A stretch of DNA of 64,000 bases from a virus (lineage: Duplodnaviria; Caudoviricetes): IMG/VR virus record IMGVR_UViG_3300046460_000097. The stretch is one strand, 5' to 3'. A program made the position numbers and the translations under genes. Shown piece after piece: positions 51,779 to 62,123 of the stretch (position 1 is its first letter; every line of letters starts with the position of its first letter). The notes under the pieces were generated by a model, which did no database searches, was not told the DNA's origin, and saw only the letters and a list, made by a program, of their open reading frames with translations.

Positions 51779-54715
51779 TTACACCGGACCCAGGCTTACC
51801 ATGGATACGTCGTGTGGCAAGAAGACGATGTCAATGTCTTCAACGATGGACAACAGCCCATCAGAACTTTCCTGCAACAGTTTACGCACACAGAAGCCAG
51901 TCAGACTGTCGGCGTTACTGATAACGTCAACCGAACTGTCACCAGCCAATGCACTCATCTTCACCGATACCACTTCACTCGAAGTACCGTCCTTCAGCAA
52001 CTTGGTTAACCCACTCACGTCGATGGTAGTAGCACCGAACAACGCTTCGTTGATGACCTGAGGGGTGCTGGCGGTAAGCGCGTCTTTGAGGCTGACGTTC
52101 TTGTAGCCAGTTGCAGTAAGGTAGAAGGTTACAACAAAGCCCAGGTCCTGTTTGACGTAGGACTGATAGTTGCTGTTGACCACCACCTTCTGGTAACCCA
52201 TCTTGTTGCGTGGCTGGTACATCAGTGTGGTCATGTCGAGCAAGGACGAGTTGAACGAGTCCATGTCCTGACCGATGTGGTTGACGAAGTAATCTTTGGT
52301 CTGCTGAGCAAACTCCAGATCATAATCGTCTTTGGTGAAGTAGTACGCACCGTCGAATGCGATGAAGTCCCAGTGGTACTGCAAGTCACGAGGAGCGACT
52401 TCCACATATTGACCTTCGTCATCCAACACGAAGTCACCAATGCTGTACTTCAGGATAACCTGAGGTGGCACGGTGTTGGTATACATGACGTCACCTGCTT
52501 TATGCAGGATAACCGGCTTACCGTCGACCAGATCCAGTTCGCCGTTCTCTTTACGCTTGAGTACAGTGGCGGGATAGGTTTCAGGAACCGGGGTGGTGTG
52601 ACGTTTGTACTGCGCTTCACCGATGAGAGGCCGTATACGGCTGTACAGGTTGCCCAGCTTCTGACCCAGTGTAACCGCGTACTGGGTTTCGATGATCGCC
52701 ACCATCGGCACTGTGAACAGCGTAGGATCGATCTTCTGATCCGACAAGGTACCAGTGTTGGCGCTATCGCCTTGCATGGTGAAGATAAACGTCATGCCCA
52801 GATTCAGCGGAGTGCCCGTGTTAGGCTGCACACTGCCGAACTGCGAGAAGTTGGTGAAGTAGATAACGTCGTTGACATCCACATCGAAGTTGGTATCCAA
52901 CGCAAACTGCCAGATCCGCTCACCGCCTTCCGTTTGCCCGTAGTACGTAGCCCCTATGCTAGCCAGGCTGTTCGAGTCCTCGGGTTGGATAGACAATTGT
53001 ACGCCCACCTGAGAGTCATCCAGGTCTTTGTAGCTTTTGCCAGACTCAGTAACCAAGGTAACAAGATAGCCACCCTCGCGTTGTTCAATGTTGATTTGCC
53101 CAACGCCTACTTCGATGCCCAGTGTGCTGTTTTCAGTCACAAAGGTCTGGTTGTTAACAACCGGCTCATCGAGATGGTAGGTACGCAACACCGCTTGGGT
53201 GTTTGTCAGGTCCATGACGTAGTAGAAAGGCGTGTAGACCAACGTCTGGTCCGATACCAAGTCTACCAGCGCAGCGTTGCTCTTAGCCGCGTAGGAGGCC
53301 TTGATGACCGCGTTAACCAAGACAGTGCTTGGCTTACTGATGTCGAACAACACGTTGTGAGGAATGGTGATACGCTGACCGTTGTCAATCACCACACCGC
53401 TGTCGATCAGGTTATTCACCGAGCACAGGTAACTGCCCACGAAGCACGCCATTGGAGCGAAGAACTTGGAGTTGTCAGGAATCGGCAGCTCTTTGGTCAG
53501 GGAGTACTTACGGCCGGTCGTGTAGTCGATGGTCTTGACAGAGTCGTAACCATAGTTCTCAACAGTACCGGTCAGGTTGTTCTGTGTGATTGGCAACACA
53601 CGCTGACGACGACCCTGAATGAAGGAAGCCTTCAACTGAGCAAAGGACTTGGCATTGCTACCGCCTGTGGTACCGTTGATAGCACGCCATGCCACACCAC
53701 CCGTGTTCTTCAGGGCAGAGGAGTAAGGACCCAGAGTACCCGCACCAAAACGATAGTCTTGGTAGTTGATGCCCACCTCATCCAGCTTGACCTCGGTAAA
53801 GTCCTTGGTCAACTCACCCTTGGTCGTGTAGGTATAGATGTCAATCACACCGATACCCGAACCGTTGGCGATATAAACGTCAGGGATCTCGTAGTCGAAA
53901 GACCCATTGCTAACGTTTAGGTTAATCGACAGAGTTACAGTCGACGGGTTGAACACGTCTTGGTCGTAGGTCACCAAGATCTCGCGTTTAACCCCGTTGG
54001 TGGTCATGAACGCACGAACGCCGTACAGGTCGTCTTTGAAGTTGATGGTACCGTTGCAACCAGAACTCAAGTTGGACGTCAAGTTCTCGGTAGGCTTGCA
54101 AGCGATCTGACGCGCGGGGATAACGATCGTCAGGTAGACGTTGTCATTGATCTCACGCAGCGCTTTCTTCAGCAGGTTGGTAGAGATCGGCGCAATCGGG
54201 TTGTTGGTAGTGTCGTCGTATACCACTTGATAGCTGGTCTGTTCGCTGTAACGGATTTCAATACCGTTCTCAATAGCGAAGGTGTAACCATTGAACTCGA
54301 CTTCGGTGTCCTTCGGCAGCAACAGCATTTTGTACGTGAAGGACGTCTTACCCGACTGTACCGTTACGTCTTTAGCCAGCGACAGAAACACCGACTCCAG
54401 AATAGCGAACTGCAACTGCACGATCGACGGGTTACCGAACATACCGTACTGTTCTTCTTCCGACATGTGGCGGCTGAGATCAGAGGTAGACCGTGCGTGC
54501 GCTGGGAACAACTTGGCAATGGCGTCGTCTACCCGGTTAAGGATACCATAGCCAGTACCGAGGATGAGGTCGGTTGCGTAGATGAAAGGGTGAGACTTGC
54601 TGTTCTGCGAGATGGCTCTGTCGAACCAAGCGGTCTCGAGATCGTTAACGACAGTGTTAACCCCACGGATAGGGTTGTTGGCCAGACTGACCAGTTGGTC
54701 TTGAGTTAATGCCAT
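51779..54715 (-). CDS. Large baseplate wedge-type structural protein (phiKZ gp87 position, about 978 aa)
   Basis: Beta-rich. ATG at 54715 overlaps the upstream TAA. The segment TGGSNAKSFAQLK resembles baseplate wedge GG..E motifs. Confidence 0.62.
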   Translation of the reverse strand: MALTQDQLVSLANNPIRGVNTVVNDLETAWFDRAISQNSKSHPFIYATDLILGTGYGILNRVDDAIAKLFPAHARSTSDLSRHMSEEEQYGMFGNPSIVQLQFAILESVFLSLAKDVTVQSGKTSFTYKMLLLPKDTEVEFNGYTFAIENGIEIRYSEQTSYQVVYDDTTNNPIAPISTNLLKKALREINDNVYLTIVIPARQIACKPTENLTSNLSSGCNGTINFKDDLYGVRAFMTTNGVKREILVTYDQDVFNPSTVTLSINLNVSNGSFDYEIPDVYIANGSGIGVIDIYTYTTKGELTKDFTEVKLDEVGINYQDYRFGAGTLGPYSSALKNTGGVAWRAINGTTGGSNAKSFAQLKASFIQGRRQRVLPITQNNLTGTVENYGYDSVKTIDYTTGRKYSLTKELPIPDNSKFFAPMACFVGSYLCSVNNLIDSGVVIDNGQRITIPHNVLFDISKPSTVLVNAVIKASYAAKSNAALVDLVSDQTLVYTPFYYVMDLTNTQAVLRTYHLDEPVVNNQTFVTENSTLGIEVGVGQINIEQREGGYLVTLVTESGKSYKDLDDSQVGVQLSIQPEDSNSLASIGATYYGQTEGGERIWQFALDTNFDVDVNDVIYFTNFSQFGSVQPNTGTPLNLGMTFIFTMQGDSANTGTLSDQKIDPTLFTVPMVAIIETQYAVTLGQKLGNLYSRIRPLIGEAQYKRHTTPVPETYPATVLKRKENGELDLVDGKPVILHKAGDVMYTNTVPPQVILKYSIGDFVLDDEGQYVEVAPRDLQYHWDFIAFDGAYYFTKDDYDLEFAQQTKDYFVNHIGQDMDSFNSSLLDMTTLMYQPRNKMGYQKVVVNSNYQSYVKQDLGFVVTFYLTATGYKNVSLKDALTASTPQVINEALFGATTIDVSGLTKLLKDGTSSEVVSVKMSALAGDSSVDVISNADSLTGFCVRKLLQESSDGLLSIVEDIDIVFLPHDVSMVSLGPV

Positions 54716-55788
54716 TACAGAGGACTCCAGTATTCCATTTCCATGCTGTTCACGTTGATCCATGGATAAGCAGCATAACCACCTTCGAAGTATTCGCTTA
54801 CCTTCAACTGGCGGAAGTTCTGTTCACGGACCTGAGCACTCATGTTTGGGTTGAAGAAGAGAGTAGTGCGGTTGAACATATCCGCAATACGAATGTTGTT
54901 GTAACGGAAGGCGATACTTGGGAAGGTGATCTCTACTTCATCCTGCCCTTGGCCCCGCAGACTGTTCTGTGTGCGGTCGATAGCGCTGAACGCACCCGAT
55001 GGGTAGGTGTTAGGCCAAGAGTAGCCGTTACAGAACAGACCTTCGATACTGCGCATGTTCTTGTTCATGATGACATGGTAGATGCGCATGTCATAATCGC
55101 GGTAATTCTGTAGCAACGCTTCTGGATAAGGTTCCAGCCCTTCATCGCCCAGCGTTACCCCTTCGATGTAGTGGTTGATCACGTCGAAGATAAAGGGAAC
55201 GAAGTTAGGCTTAGGGTTGTGGAAGCTCAAACGCATGTCGTAGTCATAGTTGACTTTGAGGATGCCGCTCACGTACTGGTAGACTTCCTTACGGATACCA
55301 GGTTGCGACTTCTCTACGTTCAACGACACGTCTGGGAAACCAGAACTGACTTTAAGACAGTTGGTCAATCCAGCCATCCACGGGTACATCGGGTCATGCA
55401 GCGCATCGTTACCACTGTTTGCTCGACCCCATACAGGGTCCAACAATCCCTTGACGTAATGCTGTAACGAGTTGCGAGTCGGTTCATAAAGCGGCAACAG
55501 TTGAGGGTGTTTTATCACGTTTTCATCGGATAAGTTCAACAGCGGCCGGTTAATGAAGACTAATCCTATGGTGTCGTCGGGGATGGGAGCCATCTGGTTC
55601 CCGGGACCTAAAATACGGACGCCCTTGAGCATGTTGACCAAAGCACTGTTGTACCCCGGACCACCGTTTTCTCTGAAGACGTATTCTCGCCATTCTTCAA
55701 CAGTGTTCGAGTCGAGTGCAATAGTAGGTTGTTCATTTCCCGGGGTCTTATCGTACCATCCATCGTAAAGATTCGGATCATCAGCCAT
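54715..55788 (-). CDS. Tail-tube-fold baseplate/hub protein (phiKZ gp88 position)
   Basis: GLVFINRP and WPNTYPSG tube-like patterns; coupled to the large baseplate gene. Confidence 0.55.
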   Translation of the reverse strand: MADDPNLYDGWYDKTPGNEQPTIALDSNTVEEWREYVFRENGGPGYNSALVNMLKGVRILGPGNQMAPIPDDTIGLVFINRPLLNLSDENVIKHPQLLPLYEPTRNSLQHYVKGLLDPVWGRANSGNDALHDPMYPWMAGLTNCLKVSSGFPDVSLNVEKSQPGIRKEVYQYVSGILKVNYDYDMRLSFHNPKPNFVPFIFDVINHYIEGVTLGDEGLEPYPEALLQNYRDYDMRIYHVIMNKNMRSIEGLFCNGYSWPNTYPSGAFSAIDRTQNSLRGQGQDEVEITFPSIAFRYNNIRIADMFNRTTLFFNPNMSAQVREQNFRQLKVSEYFEGGYAAYPWINVNSMEMEYWSPL

Positions 55789-55823
55789 GTCGTTGGCTCC
55801 CGTTATTAAGAGGTGAAGTATTC

Positions 55824-56942
55824 ATGATTAACCAAATTGTAGGTCTGGGGTCTTTCCTGCTGGACATTGCGGCAAAACTGTATCCCGACAGTAAAGACAT
55901 AAACTCCGCTGCCAACGTGGCAGGTCAAGTACGACGTTCATACAATGTGGTTTCTACCACCTCGGTCCATGAGAGCGCCAACCGCGCAATCATTGCTCCA
56001 ATGGTGGCCGTAGAAGCCTCGCTGTTGCACCAAGAATTCATGTCGGACTTGATGCAAATCGTTATGCTGCGAGATATCGTCGCTACCCTGACGCACATCG
56101 CACTGCAAGGCTCTGTGGGCCTCGGCGTGAAGGTTGAGAACATCATCGGCGGTATCAACCCTAACCGGGCTGGCATGATGTCTCTGGCTGGCTGTGAATC
56201 GCTGGATGACAACATCCGCGCTGTTACTGGTAACGAGGAAGACGACAAGGCCAAGCTGCCTGAAGTTGACACCGTTCGTATCGACGGCAAGAACGTTCCT
56301 GATATGGCTGAGTACACCCCACTCGCCGTCGGTAAAGTGGTTATGGCCACTCTGTACAACGACAACGGCACCAAGATCGACTTCCCGTTGACCTTCCGCC
56401 AGATCCCAGTTCCGTTGCCGGCCAAAGACCTGAAGCGTATCTTCAGTGCGGCCAAGATCGAAGAAGGTTTCTTCGCTCGCCTGCTGATGGCCAAGACCAA
56501 GGAAATCACTTATCCTGAATTCCTCTCCGGTCGTGACATCATCAAAGACCGCTTCAACATCCGCAACGAAGAGATGTCCGGCTATTACAAGGAAGCGCAG
56601 AAGCGCGAGAACGGTAACAAGCTGGCTGCTGTTCGTACTGGTCTGGTTAGCTTCAACAGCATGGCCAACACCTTCATCATGTCGAAAGATGCGGCTACTC
56701 AGCTGGAACTCGACATCGGTAAGCGTTTCAACAACGCCTCTTCCCGTGAAGGCATCTTCAAGGCCGTTGTAGCCAACACCATTGTTGTCTGCGACGAAGA
56801 CCGTGGTATCTACACGTTCTACACGCACGGTAGCGATATGCACGAGACTTACACTCGTAAAGACATCGCCATCAAATCCAAAAAAGATTCGGGTTCCAAC
56901 ACTTTGGCGGACCTGGTCAAGTTGCTCAACGGAGGCATGTGA
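55824..56942 (+). CDS. Head/inner-body protein (phiKZ gp89 position)
   Basis: 372 aa; AGCE|S and TGNE|E motifs; synteny. Confidence 0.65.
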   Translation: MINQIVGLGSFLLDIAAKLYPDSKDINSAANVAGQVRRSYNVVSTTSVHESANRAIIAPMVAVEASLLHQEFMSDLMQIVMLRDIVATLTHIALQGSVGLGVKVENIIGGINPNRAGMMSLAGCESLDDNIRAVTGNEEDDKAKLPEVDTVRIDGKNVPDMAEYTPLAVGKVVMATLYNDNGTKIDFPLTFRQIPVPLPAKDLKRIFSAAKIEEGFFARLLMAKTKEITYPEFLSGRDIIKDRFNIRNEEMSGYYKEAQKRENGNKLAAVRTGLVSFNSMANTFIMSKDAATQLELDIGKRFNNASSREGIFKAVVANTIVVCDEDRGIYTFYTHGSDMHETYTRKDIAIKSKKDSGSNTLADLVKLLNGGM

Positions 56943-57823
56943 TGGATATCACTCAATACGTCGGTGGCGTCAAGACGGTCAAGCAGAACGAAATCCTTTC
57001 CACTATCCTCAACGTGGAAGTCGCTGCGGCTGATCTGGATGCTGGTCTGGAAAGCATCATCAACAACAGCATCGACCTGTCGACCCAGATCGAGAAGTGG
57101 GTTCTGACCAAGGGCGTGAACAAGGCGATCCATCAGGCCGGCTTTAAAGCTGATACCCTGATCGAGTTCACTCGTCACGGGCTGGGTGTTATCAAGGCGC
57201 TGAGCCCTGAGATCACCAAGATGGTCAAGAGCTACAAGGAAACCCTGTGGGACGGTAAGCTGATGTCCGTCAAACAGGCTAACGTCCTGAACGTCATCGA
57301 GTACATGAACTTCTGGGTCAAGTACTCCCGCATGATGTACGAAGTTCTGCTGACCATGAACAACGAAGGTGTTGAGCCTTCCAAGTACCTGACCGGCATG
57401 GACCTCAAGTGGATGAACGGTAGCGAGATGTTCTACCGCATGTTCACCATCGACCTGATGAAGGGCGGCCGCTACATCCTCGACAACATGGCCAAGCTGC
57501 CAGACATCGAAGTGTCGCCGACCTCTCTGGACGTGCTGAAGGCCTCCGAAGGTAGCGGTCATATCGACGTCCTGAACAAAGGCTTCGGTATCCACAACGT
57601 CAACCCGCTGTTCTGGCTGGGCCTGGGTATCAGCAAGATCCAGGGCATGTGGATCGACAAGCTGCGTCGCGACAACGAATACTTCGCTATGAAGATCTCG
57701 CAAGCGATCAACAAGCGTAACGGTTCGCCTGATCCTGATCTGGATCGTCGCATCGAGATCTACCAGGACAAGATCATCAAGAACGATCACTCCATCTCTG
57801 AAATCGAGGCCCAATATGCCTGA
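56939..57823 (+). CDS. Head/inner-body protein (phiKZ gp90 position)
   Basis: 294 aa; AGLE|S motif; GGAGG SD; synteny. Confidence 0.65.
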   Translation: MMDITQYVGGVKTVKQNEILSTILNVEVAAADLDAGLESIINNSIDLSTQIEKWVLTKGVNKAIHQAGFKADTLIEFTRHGLGVIKALSPEITKMVKSYKETLWDGKLMSVKQANVLNVIEYMNFWVKYSRMMYEVLLTMNNEGVEPSKYLTGMDLKWMNGSEMFYRMFTIDLMKGGRYILDNMAKLPDIEVSPTSLDVLKASEGSGHIDVLNKGFGIHNVNPLFWLGLGISKIQGMWIDKLRRDNEYFAMKISQAINKRNGSPDPDLDRRIEIYQDKIIKNDHSISEIEAQYA

Positions 57824-58334
57824 GTATCGGATTACCCCAAATGGTTACGCGAATGCTGCCCTGGGTGACTCCGATCTTGGGGTGATCTTCAAGAACCTTC
57901 AGTGTCTGCGGAACGACGCTTACGTCGACTTCGATCTGATCATGAAGGGCGCAGTAACCATCGAAACCCTGCGTGAAGCTAACCTCCTCACCGGTCGTTC
58001 CTTTGCTCAGTTTCTGGAAGTCAACTTTGATTCCGGCAAAGGACCCTTGGCCAGTCTGGTACGCGACATCGTTCATTATCTGAATGGTCGTTGCGGTCAC
58101 CAGACTATCATCACCTCGCTTAACATCGAGGAGAATAAACTCCGCAGTCTGACTAAGGCTCGCCATGGCACTTACACGCCAGCGATCCGTAGCGGCGGCG
58201 GGGAGGCTTTCCTGAAAGATCAGGACAAGGTTTACGACAACGATCTGTACCGTTTGATGTCTGGCGTTGGTGCCGGCGTGGTCGGGCGGATCCTTTTGCT
58301 CCTAGGAGGAGACAGCTACTATGGGTCAAATTAA
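57816..58334 (+). CDS. Hypothetical virion-cluster protein (172 aa)
   Basis: Overlaps both neighbours; GAGG SD. Confidence 0.6.
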   Translation: MPEYRITPNGYANAALGDSDLGVIFKNLQCLRNDAYVDFDLIMKGAVTIETLREANLLTGRSFAQFLEVNFDSGKGPLASLVRDIVHYLNGRCGHQTIITSLNIEENKLRSLTKARHGTYTPAIRSGGGEAFLKDQDKVYDNDLYRLMSGVGAGVVGRILLLLGGDSYYGSN

Positions 58335-59631
58335 TCAGGACCTGCAGTTGGCTGCTGAAATGGCGGCGGTCTCTGTAGTCAAGTCTGAAGAAATCGTTAG
58401 CTTGGCTCGCGACACTGGTCAACTGGACCGCTTCCAGCAACGACTGGACGATTCGAAAGACCGTGTTGCTATGGTCAGGTCTGTGTTGCGTGATACCGAG
58501 CCGCATCAGGTCACTCCTGAGCTCGCTTCGGCCATGGACAATGCACTGGTACGTTCTGAGGTGGACATTCCGCCTGTAGACGGTCTGGAGCACGTTCAGG
58601 GCGCCGAAAGCCTTGGACGCACTCTGATGCCTAGCCAATTCATTTTCACGCGTCTGGTGGGCTGTGAGAACTTCCTGGGGGATTTCATCAAGAAGTCCCG
58701 TGAAGTAATCCTGCGTTCCAACATCGCGTTCAAGGAAGCTTACATCGTTTTCACTCAGAACCAAGAGTCTCTGACTGAAGCGGTAGATGCACTGGAACGT
58801 GGGCTGGAAGCGTCGGGTTCCTTCGACAATAAGGAAACCCTGCTGCTGGGTAGTCGTCTGTTCAACCTGTTCAAGATCAACGGTAAGGTCTCCGAAGACT
58901 GGACTGGTGACGTGAGCAAGCTGAGCCGCACCATCGCTGCGTTGTCGGGTAACTACTACCTGAACAGCAAGAACGCCATGAACGCAACCATGAGCTACTT
59001 CGGTGGGTTCGCTGGTAACACTCAGGAAGAAGCATTGTCTCGCTTCCTGCTGCTGCCTGTGTCGATCCCTTCGGAACGCTTCAAGGAATGCACCTACCCT
59101 AACAAGGAACACACTACTGCGCGCATCACCGCCCGTCAGTCTGTGGAACTCATGGGTGGCGCTTACTTCATCGATGCCCGTCAGACCAAGCCTGCTTATA
59201 AGGCTGATACGACGGATGACGTGGATAACTATCTGCGCCTGTATCTGGAAGAAGAATACACCGGCTTCCAGAACAGCTCCGAAATCATCTTCCCTAAACT
59301 GGGCAATGAAGTGAAGAGTCTGTCGTCCGGTCAGTGCAAGGCGATCGGCAAGCACCTGCATGAGCTGTTGAAAGAATGGCGCAAGGCCTTCGACAACGGC
59401 GACAAGTACAAGTTGGCTGACAGTGACTACAACGATATCACCAAAGGTATCTACGAGTCAGAGATGTCCGACGAGTTGAAGGATCAAGTGCTTACAGCGT
59501 TCTCTGCTGTTGTGCGCAAGAACCAGATGGAACTGTTGACACTTCGTGCTTCGGTTACCAACTACCTCACGCTGATCATCAATGGGTTGATCGAACTGAG
59601 CAACCTGTCGGTCAAGGCAAACACCCAGTAA
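58321..59631 (+). CDS. Internal head protein (436 aa)
   Basis: DGLE|H, QGAE|S and VGCE|N motifs; AGGAGG SD. Confidence 0.7.
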   Translation: MGQINQDLQLAAEMAAVSVVKSEEIVSLARDTGQLDRFQQRLDDSKDRVAMVRSVLRDTEPHQVTPELASAMDNALVRSEVDIPPVDGLEHVQGAESLGRTLMPSQFIFTRLVGCENFLGDFIKKSREVILRSNIAFKEAYIVFTQNQESLTEAVDALERGLEASGSFDNKETLLLGSRLFNLFKINGKVSEDWTGDVSKLSRTIAALSGNYYLNSKNAMNATMSYFGGFAGNTQEEALSRFLLLPVSIPSERFKECTYPNKEHTTARITARQSVELMGGAYFIDARQTKPAYKADTTDDVDNYLRLYLEEEYTGFQNSSEIIFPKLGNEVKSLSSGQCKAIGKHLHELLKEWRKAFDNGDKYKLADSDYNDITKGIYESEMSDELKDQVLTAFSAVVRKNQMELLTLRASVTNYLTLIINGLIELSNLSVKANTQ

Positions 59632-59646
59632 GGGTCGGGGGTCAGG

Positions 59647-60672
59647 ATGAGTAGCACGAAACGTCTGTATCGTGAAGGGCTGGAGTCACACACAGTCCTG
59701 CGTGAAGATCAGCGTGAAGTCGAAATCCTGGGCAAGCTGCTACTGGAGGCCCCACACCGGCTAACAGTAGCAGTGGCTGGTAACGAGGACTTTAAAGAGA
59801 CCTTGGTTACTGGCATGAAGGATTTGGGATCCGGTCTGTTCTCTGTGAGCAAATGGGTTGGCGGTACTACTGTCAGTTTGTTTGGTAAGGCACTGGGCGC
59901 TGCTGGTAATGGGCTCTACAAGGCTTTCAGCGAGAACGACGTACTGATCAAGAAGCTGTTACAGAACTTTAGCAAGGTAGAGGATCACGAGCTTAACCTC
60001 TCGAAAGAAACCATTGCCTTGTTGACGTCTGAAGGGGACATAGACCGTATCGGGCATGATATGGATCTATTGCTGCGTGCGTTGGATATCCTGGATCAAC
60101 ACAGCAAGGGCTTGTTGAGCTTCCTGGATAAGCAGTTGATCGTAGCACGCAAGTTGAAAGGTGTTAGCACAGCTGAAGGCATCTTCGCCGTGGTAGAGGA
60201 GTTCCAAGGGCTGAAGTACCCAATGTTTAATCTGCCCCACTCCAAAGGTGATACCCATAGCTCAGACGTACTGCCAGGTGGCAAGACGTGGGAGTTCGTG
60301 TACAACGAAGGTAAGTCACCTAAATATCTTATAGGCGGAGACGCACCTGCAGAGGCAGGATCTGGTGTCACCTTCTCGCGCTCCGAAGTCAGCTCATTGC
60401 TGAACAAGCTCGATAAGGTTAACTCTATGCACAAACGCTTGAAGACGTCGTACGACAGTTACCTGTCTTTTATCAAGTCGTGGTCAGAAATGGTCAAGGC
60501 TGTCGACACTAACCTTAGCAAGTTGGATAAGGTTAGCTCAAGCGCAATGGCTGAGGGTGAAAAGATCCTGGCTGGAGAACCGAACGCTCTGGCATTTTAT
60601 AGCGGATTCACTCCACGAGTGGTTAGCTACACTGACAGGTACATTCATGGTGTGCTTGGTGTTTTCGCCTAA
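59647..60672 (+). CDS. Internal head protein (341 aa)
   Basis: EGLE|S and AGNE|D motifs. Confidence 0.68.
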   Translation: MSSTKRLYREGLESHTVLREDQREVEILGKLLLEAPHRLTVAVAGNEDFKETLVTGMKDLGSGLFSVSKWVGGTTVSLFGKALGAAGNGLYKAFSENDVLIKKLLQNFSKVEDHELNLSKETIALLTSEGDIDRIGHDMDLLLRALDILDQHSKGLLSFLDKQLIVARKLKGVSTAEGIFAVVEEFQGLKYPMFNLPHSKGDTHSSDVLPGGKTWEFVYNEGKSPKYLIGGDAPAEAGSGVTFSRSEVSSLLNKLDKVNSMHKRLKTSYDSYLSFIKSWSEMVKAVDTNLSKLDKVSSSAMAEGEKILAGEPNALAFYSGFTPRVVSYTDRYIHGVLGVFA

Positions 60673-60724
60673 ACTGTTTAATTAAACACTCAATTTTCCT
60701 TCGTTAACGAAAAAGGATGTAAAG

Positions 60725-61984
60725 ATGAATCTTCTCGATATGTACGCTGGTGTTGAAGACCTGGAACTGGGCGCTGCTGCTGGCGACGTGGTTGAAGCTG
60801 TTGAAGAAGCAGTGAAGACCGAAGTGGCCGAAGTTGCCGTCGTCATCGAAGAGCAGTCCAACCAGATCGAACAACTGGTTGAACAAGTCACCGACCTCGA
60901 AGAAGCCGTTGAAGAAGCGGTCGAAGTTGTTGACGGCCTGGAATCCCTGCTGGGCTCCGGCAACTTCAACAGCGTTGCGTTCTCGCAGCTCTACAACCGC
61001 GGCGTGAAGCTGGCGAACAAACTGGGCGGCAACATCCAGGGCGATCGCATGGGTGCTGAATCCATCTCCGACGCAGCCACTGCTCAGCTGATGGCGCGCA
61101 CCGGCATGGAGTCCATCATGGACACCATCAAAGAATACGGTCGCAAAGCGATCGAATTCATCAAGCACATCTTCAACACCGTGATCAACTTCTTCGTGTC
61201 GATCTTCAACCAGGCCGATGGCGTGGTACGTCGCACCGAGCAGCTGCGCAAGCGTCTGAACGACGGCGCCAAGATCAAGGAACAAGTCAAGCTGGGCGGC
61301 TGGAACGTCTACTTCGACTACGCCAAGAACGGCCTGAGCGGTTCGAGCAAAGCCAAGCCATGGGACGCTACCCAAGACGCCGTTGCTGCACTGGCTACCC
61401 TGGGCAACAACGTTTCGGGCATCACCCTGGAAGGCTTCAAGTCGGCTTACGCCAGCGTGATCTCGGCCATCAAGTCCGACGCCAAAGCTGCCGGCAAGTA
61501 CAACGAGAAGAAGTCGGGCAACACTGACGTCCTCATCTCGATCGACGCCGGTATCCGCGTTCAGGCGTCCTTCGCCGACAACGAGATCAAAGATCTGGGC
61601 GACGCAGCTACCCACGCTCGCAGCCTGAAGATCGTGATCATGAAAGACCCAGAAGCCAAGAAATTGTCTTCCGGCGAAACCAAGGCCAAGCTGGACAAGT
61701 CGGCTCTGCTGGGCATCCTGGACCACAACAAAGCAGCTGCCAACGGCACCCGCGGCGACAAAGTGGCCAAGAAGTTCACCAACGCAGAGCGTGACCGCGT
61801 TGTTGGCAGCCTGAACGCCATCAAGGCTTCGGACAGCGACAAGACTGCCGAGATCAACAAGCAAGTGACCCTGGTTAAAGCGATCTTCGCTTCGGCTGCT
61901 TCGGTTACTCAAGCGGTCTCCAAGCACACCATGTCGACTCTGAAAGCCAGCTGCGACGGCGTTGCTGCTCACCTGTCGTTCTAA
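60725..61984 (+). CDS. Abundant internal head protein, phiKZ gp93-type paralog family (419 aa)
   Basis: Acidic propeptide with AGVE, DGLE, MGAE and TGME motifs, then an amphipathic helix; extreme codon bias. Confidence 0.78.
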   Translation: MNLLDMYAGVEDLELGAAAGDVVEAVEEAVKTEVAEVAVVIEEQSNQIEQLVEQVTDLEEAVEEAVEVVDGLESLLGSGNFNSVAFSQLYNRGVKLANKLGGNIQGDRMGAESISDAATAQLMARTGMESIMDTIKEYGRKAIEFIKHIFNTVINFFVSIFNQADGVVRRTEQLRKRLNDGAKIKEQVKLGGWNVYFDYAKNGLSGSSKAKPWDATQDAVAALATLGNNVSGITLEGFKSAYASVISAIKSDAKAAGKYNEKKSGNTDVLISIDAGIRVQASFADNEIKDLGDAATHARSLKIVIMKDPEAKKLSSGETKAKLDKSALLGILDHNKAAANGTRGDKVAKKFTNAERDRVVGSLNAIKASDSDKTAEINKQVTLVKAIFASAASVTQAVSKHTMSTLKASCDGVAAHLSF

Positions 61985-62016
61985 TCCGGCCGGTGCTGCT
62001 GTAAAGACGTAAAGTA

Positions 62017-62060
62017 ACTACTATCGGGGAGCAATCCCCGATAGTAGTCTTTATGGCTGC
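62017..62060 (+). terminator. Hairpin plus TATGGCTGC element
   Basis: ACTACTATCGGGGA-GCAA-TCCCCGATAGTAGT 14-bp stem; motif at 62052-62060. Confidence 0.8.
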
Positions 62061-62123
62061 AATTTGTTTTTTCGAAGGATGCTATAGGTTCAGCCTATAT
62101 TTATAACCCAAAGGTATTCTCAC

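Noticed and set aside
51779-54763. 994-aa start (54763) for the large baseplate gene
   Set aside because: It would overlap the upstream gene by 49 nt. ATG at 54715, overlapping that gene's stop, is more parsimonious.
597-62000. Many long antisense or alternate-frame ORFs (597-2195, 3266-5065, 12121-13842, 16616-18703, 18834-20384, 28262-29695, 41261-43249, 52277-53920, 60704-61972 and others)
   Set aside because: They mirror real genes codon for codon. Strong C-ending codon bias removes stops on the opposite strand, and their translations are V/Q/H/D-rich with no motifs or SD sites.
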